Of a stretch of 64,000 nucleotides of DNA, positions 41,521 to 48,993 are shown piece by piece. The notes below the pieces were generated by a model. It made no database searches. It had not been told where the DNA came from and was given only the letters and a program-made list of their open reading frames with translations. Within the stretch, counting starts at the first letter, position 1, and each line of letters starts with the position of its first letter. The stretch is from the NCBI GenBank assembly GCA_947625705.1, contig CANQPG010000004.1:1484-65483 (forward strand). Reading direction: 5' to 3'. Made by a program: the position numbers and the translations under genes. This stretch comes from an uncultured Peptococcaceae bacterium (GTDB lineage: Bacteria > Bacillota > Dehalobacteriia > UBA4068 > UBA4997).

Positions 41521-42402
41521 ATGGACATGGCGGAGACCTTGCCTCGTTTCGGCGCGGGCGGCAACAGCGACGGCTTCTATGCCGCGGGCCACAAAAGCTC
41601 GCTTCTCGCCTGCGAATATCTCTACGGCCTCGGGCTTAACGCCTATGAATACGAGTGTACGCACGGCGTCAGGATCAGCAGCGCTTTCTGCGCCTCCATG
41701 CGCAAAAACGCCGAACTGTTCGATTTCGGCCTTTCCATACACGCGCCGTACTACATCAACCTGGCGAGCCTTGACGGCGCTATCCGGGAAAAATCGGTGC
41801 AGCACCTGTTAAAAGCCCTCCGCGCGGCGGATCAAATGGGCGCGGCCAGCGTCGTTTTCCACCCCGGCGCCATCGGCGAGCAGACCAGAGAGCAGGCGAC
41901 GGAGCGGGCGGCCGGGCTGCTGGAGGAGATCGTGCGGCTAGCTGATCAAGAGGGGCTGCTGCAATTTACCCAGCTGCGGCCAGAGACGATGGGAAAATCC
42001 GGCCAGCTCGGCACCTTGGGCGAGGTGCTGCGTCTCTGCGAGGTAGCGGAGAGCGTGCGCCCGGCGGTGGATTTTGCCCATATCCACGCGCTTACCGGCG
42101 GCGGTATCAGAGAGCGGCGCGATTATGAGCGGCTGCTCGGCAAAATTGCCCGCCGCCTGGGCGAAGGCGCCTTGGACAGGCTGCATATTCACTTTTCGCC
42201 GATCGAATACACCAAGGCGGGCGAAAAGCGCCACCGTAACTTATCTGACAAGGAATTCGGCCCCGATTTTGAGCCGCTGGCCGCTATTCTGGCGGAGCAG
42301 GGCTGGCGCCCCACGATCATCTGCGAAAGCGCCGGCGAACAGGATCTGGACGCGGCGGCCTATGCGCAAATGTATCAAGCAGCGCGCCGGGATTTAAGCT
42401 AA
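41521..42402 (+). CDS. Endonuclease IV-like / AP endonuclease family 2 TIM-barrel protein
   Basis: Motifs SIHAPYYINLAS, VVFHPG, RPETMGK, DFAHIHA and IHFSPIEY. The start may instead be the second ATG at 41527. Confidence 0.7.
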   Translation: MDMAETLPRFGAGGNSDGFYAAGHKSSLLACEYLYGLGLNAYEYECTHGVRISSAFCASMRKNAELFDFGLSIHAPYYINLASLDGAIREKSVQHLLKALRAADQMGAASVVFHPGAIGEQTREQATERAAGLLEEIVRLADQEGLLQFTQLRPETMGKSGQLGTLGEVLRLCEVAESVRPAVDFAHIHALTGGGIRERRDYERLLGKIARRLGEGALDRLHIHFSPIEYTKAGEKRHRNLSDKEFGPDFEPLAAILAEQGWRPTIICESAGEQDLDAAAYAQMYQAARRDLS

Positions 42403-42417
42403 TCGTATAATTAGCTA

Positions 42418-42446
42418 TTTACAGCGGGGATTTAATAAGATATAAT
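42418..42446 (+). promoter_or_regulatory. Putative sigma-A promoter of the sdh/frd operon
   Basis: TTTACA, 17 nt, TATAAT. Confidence 0.5.
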
Positions 42447-42495
42447 ATAATTGGTTGTTATTATGAGGTTTTTTGTAGAGAAAGGGGATAATACG

Positions 42496-43104
42496 TTGTC
42501 AAAATTCAGCTTTTTTATCCGAAGATTCCATTCCTTGATCGCGCTGATACCGATCGGTCTGTTCATGTGCTTTCATTTTCTGCTGAACAGTGCCACATTC
42601 CTCGGCAGCGACGCGTACCTGACGATGGTACATTTTATGAAGGGGTTTCCCTTTGTGCAGGTGTTGGAGCTGGTGCTGATCGCCATCCCCATCATCTTCC
42701 ACGGCATTTACGGTATTTACATAGTGTATCTGGCCAAAAACAATGTGCTGCAATACAAATATTACCGTAATCTGGCGTTTTATCTGCAAAGAATAACCTC
42801 GCTGATCGTGCTGGCGTTCATCATCTGGCACGTCTACACGCTGCGTTTTGCCCCGGTTTCCGCTGAGGGCACTTATGCGGCGCTGCTTTCCATGCTGCAA
42901 AACCCGCTGACCTTTGTGCTTTACGTTATCGGCGTGGTGGCCTCGGTATACCACTTCACCAACGGCCTGTTCACGTTCTGCATCACGTGGGGTATCTGCG
43001 TGGGCGACCGCGCGCAGAAAATCTTTGCTATCTGCGCCGTGCTGCTGTTCGTGGTGATGTCGCTGTGGGCAGTGGGTATTCTGCTGTCGCTGGCCGTGGC
43101 CTGA
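42496..43104 (+). CDS. sdhC: Succinate dehydrogenase/fumarate reductase dihaem cytochrome b subunit (B. subtilis type)
   Basis: TTG start after AAAGGGGA. Five TM helices carry conserved His residues (FHFLLN, IFHGIYG, IWHVY, VYHFTNG). Confidence 0.8.
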   Translation: MSKFSFFIRRFHSLIALIPIGLFMCFHFLLNSATFLGSDAYLTMVHFMKGFPFVQVLELVLIAIPIIFHGIYGIYIVYLAKNNVLQYKYYRNLAFYLQRITSLIVLAFIIWHVYTLRFAPVSAEGTYAALLSMLQNPLTFVLYVIGVVASVYHFTNGLFTFCITWGICVGDRAQKIFAICAVLLFVVMSLWAVGILLSLAVA

Positions 43105-43127
43105 TTAGATAAGGGGGTAGCAAGATA

Positions 43128-44861
43128 ATGGAAAAAACCAAAGTGGTAGTCGTGGGCGGCGGTCTGGCCGGCCTGATGTCTACCTTGAAGATAACCGAAA
43201 AGCAAATTCCCGTCGATTTGATCTCGCTGGTGCCGGTGAAGCGCTCGCACTCGGTGTGCGCGCAGGGCGGCGTTAACGCGGCGCTGGACACCAAAGGCCA
43301 GCACGACAGCGTTGACCAGCATTTTTACGATACCATTTACGGCGGCGATTTTCTGGCCAACCAAACGCCCGTTAAAGGCATGGTGGAGACCGCGCCGGGG
43401 CTTATCTATGCGATGGACCGCATGGGCGTGATGTTCACCCGCACCAGCGAGGGTCTGCTGGATCTGCGCCGTTTCGGCGGCGTGAAGAACCACCGCACCG
43501 CTTTCGCCGGGGCGACCACCGGTCAGCAGCTGCTTTATACGCTGGACGAACAGGTGCGCCGGCAGGAAGTTCTCGGCATGGTGAACAAATACGAAAACTG
43601 GGAAATGATCGACCTTTTGATCGACGATAACGGCGTCTGCAAGGGCGTGGTGGCGCAAAATCTGGCGACAATGGAGATCAAGGATTTCGTGGCCGACGCA
43701 GTGGTCATCGCCACCGGCGGCGCGGGCATGATCTACGGCCGCTCCACCAACTCGATCATCAATACCGGCGCGGCGGCGGCAATTCTTTACAAGCACGGCG
43801 TGCCTTATGCCAACGGCGAGTTTGTGCAGATCCACCCCACGGCCATGCCGGGCGATGATAAGCTGCGTCTGATGTCGGAATCGGCGCGCGGCGACGGCGC
43901 CCGTGTCTGGACGTATAAGGACGGCAAGCCGTGGTACTTCCTGGAAGAAAAATACCCGGCTTACGGCAATCTGGTGCCGCGTGATATTGCGGCGCGTGAG
44001 ATCTACGACGTCTGTGTGAACATGGGTCTCGGTGTGGACGGCAAAAACCAGGTGTATCTGGATCTGAGCCATCTGCCCGCCGACTATCTGGATAAGCGCC
44101 TGAAAGGCATTATGGATATTTACCAGACGTTCTACGGCGACGACCCGCGCAAGGTGCCGATGAAGATTTTCCCCGCCGTGCATTATTTCATGGGCGGTAT
44201 CCACGTGGATTGGGAGCACCAGACCAATATCCCCGGCCTGTTTGCGGCGGGCGAGTGCGATTATATGTATCACGGCGCCAACCGCTTGGGCGCCAACTCG
44301 CTGCTTTCCGCCATGTACAGCGGCACGGTGGCCGGCCCCGCGGTGGTCAAATACGTGAGCGGCCTTAAGGCGACCGCCGCCGAAACTATCGGCAATATTG
44401 CGGAGCTGACGGTGAAAAAACAGCAGGCCGAGCATGAAAAGCTGACCAAAATGGAGGGTAAAGAGAACCCCTACAAGCTGCATGACGAGATGAGCGAGAT
44501 CATGTACAAGAACGCCACCATCGTCCGTATCAACAAGAACCTGGAAGAGACCGACGTGAAGTTGCAGGAATTCCAGGAGCGCTGGAACGACATCAACATC
44601 ACCGATTTCGGCGGCTATTCCAACCAGACGGTGATGTACGTGCGCGAGCTGCGCGGCATGATGGATCTGGCGCGGGTCATCGTGGGCGGGGCGCTGCGCC
44701 GCAACGAGAGCCGCGGCTCGCACTATAAGCCGGAGTTCCCCAAGCGCGATGATGAAAACTTCCTGAAGACAACGCTGGCCACCTATAAAAACGGCGACCC
44801 GGAATTCAGTTGGGAAGACGTTGACATTCAGTGGATCAAACCGGTGGAAAGAAAGTATTGA
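43128..44861 (+). CDS. sdhA: Succinate dehydrogenase/fumarate reductase flavoprotein subunit
   Basis: FAD fold VVGGGLAGL, covalent-FAD His region RSHSVCAQGG, and HYFMGG. 577 aa. Confidence 0.93.
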   Translation: MEKTKVVVVGGGLAGLMSTLKITEKQIPVDLISLVPVKRSHSVCAQGGVNAALDTKGQHDSVDQHFYDTIYGGDFLANQTPVKGMVETAPGLIYAMDRMGVMFTRTSEGLLDLRRFGGVKNHRTAFAGATTGQQLLYTLDEQVRRQEVLGMVNKYENWEMIDLLIDDNGVCKGVVAQNLATMEIKDFVADAVVIATGGAGMIYGRSTNSIINTGAAAAILYKHGVPYANGEFVQIHPTAMPGDDKLRLMSESARGDGARVWTYKDGKPWYFLEEKYPAYGNLVPRDIAAREIYDVCVNMGLGVDGKNQVYLDLSHLPADYLDKRLKGIMDIYQTFYGDDPRKVPMKIFPAVHYFMGGIHVDWEHQTNIPGLFAAGECDYMYHGANRLGANSLLSAMYSGTVAGPAVVKYVSGLKATAAETIGNIAELTVKKQQAEHEKLTKMEGKENPYKLHDEMSEIMYKNATIVRINKNLEETDVKLQEFQERWNDINITDFGGYSNQTVMYVRELRGMMDLARVIVGGALRRNESRGSHYKPEFPKRDDENFLKTTLATYKNGDPEFSWEDVDIQWIKPVERKY

Positions 44862-44874
44862 GGAGGGGACAAAC

Positions 44875-45651
44875 ATGGTGGATTTGAAGGACGTTAAATA
44901 TATCAAGCTGAAAATCAAACGCCGCGACGACCCCAACTCGCCGTCTTACTGGCAGGATTTTCAAATCCCGTACCGCCCGAACATGAATATCGTTTCGGTG
45001 CTGATGGAAATTCGCAAAAACCCGGTGACCGCCGACGGACGGAAAGTGAACCCCGTGGTTTGGGAGTGCAACTGTCTGGAGGAGGTATGCGGCGCCTGCT
45101 CGATGTTAATTAACGGCGTGCCGCGTCAGGCCTGCGCCGCGCTGACCGATAAGCTGATCGAAAAATACGGCGACCGGCCGATCCAGCTGGAGCCGCTGAC
45201 CAAATTCCCGGTTATCCGCGACCTGATGGTTGACCGCTCCAAGATGTTTGAGAATTTGAAGCGTGTTCACGCCTGGGTGCAGGTGGACGGCTCGTGGTCG
45301 ATCGGGCGCGGCCCGCGTCTGGCTGAAAAAGACCAGCGTATCGCGTATGAGATCGCTCACTGCATGACCTGCGGCTGCTGCCTGGAGGCCTGCCCGAACT
45401 ATAACCAGAAGTCCGATTTCGTCGGCCCCAACGCCATTGCACAGGTGCGCATGTTCAATCTGCACGCCATTGGCCGTATGCAGGCGGACGAACGGCTGGA
45501 AGCGCTGACCGCCAAGGGCGGTATTCAGGATTGCGGCAACTCGCAGAACTGCAAGCGCGTCTGCCCCAAGCACATCAACCTGACGGCGCACATCGCGGCG
45601 ATGAACCGCCAGGCCAACGCCTACGTGATCAAAAACTTCCTCGACAAATAA
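44875..45651 (+). CDS. sdhB: Succinate dehydrogenase/fumarate reductase iron-sulfur subunit
   Basis: GAGGAGGGG RBS. Cys clusters CNCLEEVCGACSMLING, CMTCGCCLEACP and CGNSQNCKRVCP. Confidence 0.92.
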   Translation: MVDLKDVKYIKLKIKRRDDPNSPSYWQDFQIPYRPNMNIVSVLMEIRKNPVTADGRKVNPVVWECNCLEEVCGACSMLINGVPRQACAALTDKLIEKYGDRPIQLEPLTKFPVIRDLMVDRSKMFENLKRVHAWVQVDGSWSIGRGPRLAEKDQRIAYEIAHCMTCGCCLEACPNYNQKSDFVGPNAIAQVRMFNLHAIGRMQADERLEALTAKGGIQDCGNSQNCKRVCPKHINLTAHIAAMNRQANAYVIKNFLDK

Positions 45652-45665
45652 GCGAACGCCAACCG

Positions 45666-45696
45666 TACCCGGAGTTAACGCTCCGGGTATTTTTTT
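45666..45696 (+). terminator. Intrinsic terminator after sdhB
   Basis: TACCCGGAG-TTAACG-CTCCGGGTA followed by TTTTTTT. Confidence 0.75.
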
Positions 45697-45750
45697 GCGC
45701 CTTTTATCAACGCCCGCCATAATTTTGTTTAATTATTTTGCGAAAAGCTA

Positions 45751-45779
45751 TTGACATAACCGTTCATATCGTATATAGT
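45751..45779 (+). promoter_or_regulatory. Sigma-A promoter of the GntR-GT2-ABC operon
   Basis: TTGACA, 17 nt, TATAGT. Confidence 0.6.
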
Positions 45780-45799
45780 GTATATATGCAATATATACA
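45779..45799. promoter_or_regulatory. Perfect 9-3-9 palindrome, candidate GntR (YtrA-type) operator
   Basis: TGTATATAT-GCA-ATATATACA begins at the last base of the -10 box, so it covers the predicted transcription start. Confidence 0.55.
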
Positions 45800-45819
45800 G
45801 ATTGTTTTGAGGTGTCATT

Positions 45820-46194
45820 TTGGATATCATCATTTCCAACGCGGCTGACCAGCCGATCTATGAGCAGATCTTCAACCAGATGAAGCAGCAGATCATCAGC
45901 GGCAAGCTCTCCGAGGGGGACATGCTGCCGTCGATCCGCGCCCTGGCCAAGGATCTGAAGATCAGCGTCATCACTACCAAGCGCGCCTACGACGAGCTGG
46001 AAAAAGAGGGCTTCATCTACACTGTGGCGGGCAAGGGCTGCTTTGTGGCGGAGAAAAATCTCGAGCTGGTGCGGGAGGGCAACCTGCGCGAATTGGAGGA
46101 GCTGCTGCGCCGGGCGGACGCGCTGGCCGCGGGCTTAAATATCAGCGACAGCGAGCTCATGGAAATGCTGCACCTCTTGCGCGGCGAGAACTAA
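45820..46194 (+). CDS. GntR-family transcriptional regulator, YtrA subfamily (short C-terminal domain)
   Basis: 124 aa. The winged HTH is LPSIRALAKDLKISVITTKRAYDELEKEGFIY. The start is TTG. Confidence 0.88.
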   Translation: MDIIISNAADQPIYEQIFNQMKQQIISGKLSEGDMLPSIRALAKDLKISVITTKRAYDELEKEGFIYTVAGKGCFVAEKNLELVREGNLRELEELLRRADALAAGLNISDSELMEMLHLLRGEN

Positions 46195-46262
46195 AAAATA
46201 GTGTGTGTGGTTTAATTTGGGCAATTTCGGCTCAAAATGTGATGTGACAGGAGTTGTGGACG

Positions 46263-47336
46263 ATGGAAAAAACTAAATATCTGGCCTTGATCCCGGCCTA
46301 TGAGCCGGGCGAGAGCCTGCCGGAGCTGCTGCCCAAGCTTCAGGCGGCGGGCTTTGCATGTATCGTGGTGGACGACGGCAGCGGCCCCGCGTACCGGGAA
46401 GTTTTTGACCGGGCACGGCAATATGCCACGGTGCTCTCATACGATACCAACCGCGGCAAGGGCTATGCGTTGAAGCACGGCCTGGCCTATATCGCGGCCA
46501 GCTTCCAAGATGAATTTGTGATAGTCACCTTGGACAGCGACGGCCAGCACCGCGCACTGGACGCATTGCGCTGCTGCCGCCGGGCGGAGGAACAGCCGGA
46601 CGCACTGGTGCTGGGCAGCCGCGTGCAAAGCGCGGCCTCGCCGCTTAGAAGCCGCTTCGGCAATTATATGACGCAAAAGATGTTCTGGGCAACCACCGGG
46701 CGCGCCGTGCGGGATACGCAGACGGGACTGCGTGCCTTTTCCTCCCGCCTGCTGCCGTGGCTGCTGGCCATCGCCGGCGAGCGTTACGAATATGAAATGA
46801 ACGTGCTGCTGGCCGCCGCCCGCGCCAAAATGCCGATCATCGAGGTGGATATCGCCACCATTTATATCGACGGCAATGCCGGGTCGCACTTCGCGGTGCT
46901 GCGCGACTCCTGGCGCGTCTACAAGGAGCTGCTGAAATTCTCCGGCGTATCGCTGGCCAGCTTCTGCCTGGATTACACGCTGTACGGCCTGTTCGCCTGG
47001 CTGGGCGAGCTGTGGCAGCTGGCTTTTGCGCTGGCCACCGCCAATATTCTGGCGCGGTTTTTAAGCTGTACGTTCAACTTTATTATGAACCGCGTGTTCG
47101 TCTTCCACGACAAGGGCAGTTTTTGGCGGGCGGCGGGGCAGTATTACCTGCTGGCCGGGATCATTTTGATTGGCAACACGCTGCTTTTAAGCCTGCTGGT
47201 GGACGTGCTGATGCTTAACCATTATCTGGCCAAGCTGCTGACGGAAATTTCGTTCTTCGCCACCAGCTGGCTGGTGCAGAAAAAGGTGATTTTCACCAAG
47301 CCCAAACAGCAGGAATATCAAACGAAGCTGGTTTAA
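46263..47336 (+). CDS. Family 2 glycosyltransferase fused to a GtrA-like membrane domain (polyprenyl-phosphate glycosyltransferase type)
   Basis: LIPAYEP, VVDDGS and TLDSDGQH (DxD motif). The C-terminal four-TM GtrA-like region contains NFIMNRVFVF. Confidence 0.82.
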   Translation: MEKTKYLALIPAYEPGESLPELLPKLQAAGFACIVVDDGSGPAYREVFDRARQYATVLSYDTNRGKGYALKHGLAYIAASFQDEFVIVTLDSDGQHRALDALRCCRRAEEQPDALVLGSRVQSAASPLRSRFGNYMTQKMFWATTGRAVRDTQTGLRAFSSRLLPWLLAIAGERYEYEMNVLLAAARAKMPIIEVDIATIYIDGNAGSHFAVLRDSWRVYKELLKFSGVSLASFCLDYTLYGLFAWLGELWQLAFALATANILARFLSCTFNFIMNRVFVFHDKGSFWRAAGQYYLLAGIILIGNTLLLSLLVDVLMLNHYLAKLLTEISFFATSWLVQKKVIFTKPKQQEYQTKLV

Positions 47337-47360
47337 TATAACATTTGCAGAGGGGACAGC

Positions 47361-48230
47361 ATGATGAGCGAAACAAACGCAAATGCCATCAAAGTGGGGC
47401 ATCTGACCAAAAGTTACGGCAATTTCACCCTGCGCGACGTCAATTTGTGCCTGCCGACCGGCAGTATTATGGGTCTGGTGGGGGAAAACGGCGCAGGCAA
47501 GACGACGCTTTTTAAGCTGATAATGAACGTTTTGGAGCGCGACGAGGGCAAAATCTGCGTACTGGGGCATGATAACCTGAGCCCCGAATTCGGCGACCTC
47601 AGAAACGACATCGGCGTGGTGCTGAGCGGGGCGGGGCTACCGGAATATCTATCGCCCAGGCAGGTGAACGGCATACTGCGGCAGACATTCCGCGGGTGGA
47701 ATGAAGCGTATTTCCGTCAGCTGATGGCCGATTTCAAGCTGCCGGAGAACAAAACCATCAAAGAGTTTTCCACCGGTATGAAGATGAAGCTGGCGATCGC
47801 GGCGGCGCTGGCGCACAACCCGCGCCTGCTGCTGCTGGACGAACCGACCAGCGGGCTTGACCCGATGACGCGGGAGGATATTCTGGCGGTGTTCAACGAT
47901 TTCACGCGCAACCCGGCCAACTCGATACTGATTTCCTCGCATATCGTCAGCGACCTGGAGAAGATCTGCGATTACATAGCATTTCTGCACGAGGGGCGGC
48001 TGCTGTTCTGCGAGGAGAAAGACCGCTTGCTGGAGGATTACGCGCTGATCAAAATGCCGGCGGCGGATTTCGCTGTGGTGCCGCCGGGTGCGGTGGTATC
48101 GCTGCGGCGCGAGGCATACGGCGTGGAGGCGCTGGTGAAAAAGCACGACATCAACCCGTCTTTCGTGACGGAGCATACCACATTGGAGGATATTATTCTG
48201 TTTTGGTCGAAAGGGGGCGGCGCACAATGA
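47361..48230 (+). CDS. ABC transporter ATP-binding protein (YtrB-like)
   Basis: Walker A GENGAGKTT, signature FSTGMKMKL, Walker B LLLLDEPTSGLD. Confidence 0.9.
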   Translation: MMSETNANAIKVGHLTKSYGNFTLRDVNLCLPTGSIMGLVGENGAGKTTLFKLIMNVLERDEGKICVLGHDNLSPEFGDLRNDIGVVLSGAGLPEYLSPRQVNGILRQTFRGWNEAYFRQLMADFKLPENKTIKEFSTGMKMKLAIAAALAHNPRLLLLDEPTSGLDPMTREDILAVFNDFTRNPANSILISSHIVSDLEKICDYIAFLHEGRLLFCEEKDRLLEDYALIKMPAADFAVVPPGAVVSLRREAYGVEALVKKHDINPSFVTEHTTLEDIILFWSKGGGAQ

Positions 48231-48859
48231 ACGGAATGAAAGGGCTGCTGTTAAAGGATTTCTATTTTTTGCAGCGGCATATGCGGGTGTATCTGCTGCT
48301 GATGCTGGTTTTTGTGCTGCTGCCGGGGGCAATGCCGCTGATGGCGGTGATCTATTCCGTCATGCTGCCGATCACCGTGCTGGCCTATGACGACAACGCC
48401 AAATGGCCGGAGCTGGCCGCCATGCTGCCGCTTTCCACGCGGACGCTGGTGTTCAGCAAATATCTGCTGGGCTATCTGCTTTCCGCCTGCTTTGTGCTGC
48501 TGGCCGTGCTGGCGCGGGCGGCGTATCAGGTGGGCTGGCCGTTGGTAACAGGTGGGCCGGTGGATAATGATTTCGCCTTTTCCGGTGATTTTGTCAGCTT
48601 CATGCTGCTGATCTGGCTGGGGAGCCTGGCGCTGCTGGCGCTGAACCTGCCGCTGATGTTCCGCCTGGGCGCGGAAAAGGGACGGCTGGCATTCGTACTT
48701 ACGTTGGGCGTACTTTTCGGCATATCCATACCGCTCTCGTCGCTGCCGATACCGACGGGCGCATTGCTGCCGGGGGTGCTGCTGGTGGCGGTGGCGCTGA
48801 ACGCCGCTTCCTACTTAATATCCGTCCGTCTGTATGACAAGCGTCTGCGGGCGGCCTAA
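48227..48859 (+). CDS. ABC-2 type membrane protein partner
   Basis: ATGA start/stop overlap with the ATPase gene. The 210-aa protein has six hydrophobic segments. Confidence 0.75.
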   Translation: MNGMKGLLLKDFYFLQRHMRVYLLLMLVFVLLPGAMPLMAVIYSVMLPITVLAYDDNAKWPELAAMLPLSTRTLVFSKYLLGYLLSACFVLLAVLARAAYQVGWPLVTGGPVDNDFAFSGDFVSFMLLIWLGSLALLALNLPLMFRLGAEKGRLAFVLTLGVLFGISIPLSSLPIPTGALLPGVLLVAVALNAASYLISVRLYDKRLRAA

Positions 48860-48993
48860 AACAAGAAAGGCCACCCCTGTTCCGAATTGCTCTCCATAAG
48901 TAAACTTCTATAATGAAATAATTCTTTTCTTCTATTCCCAAATATGCTATTATATATATAGCATTTCATGATAAGAAAGGTTGGACTACGGTA

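Noticed and set aside
42921-44936. 671-aa minus-strand ORF
   Set aside because: It lies antisense to sdhA and is a shadow ORF.
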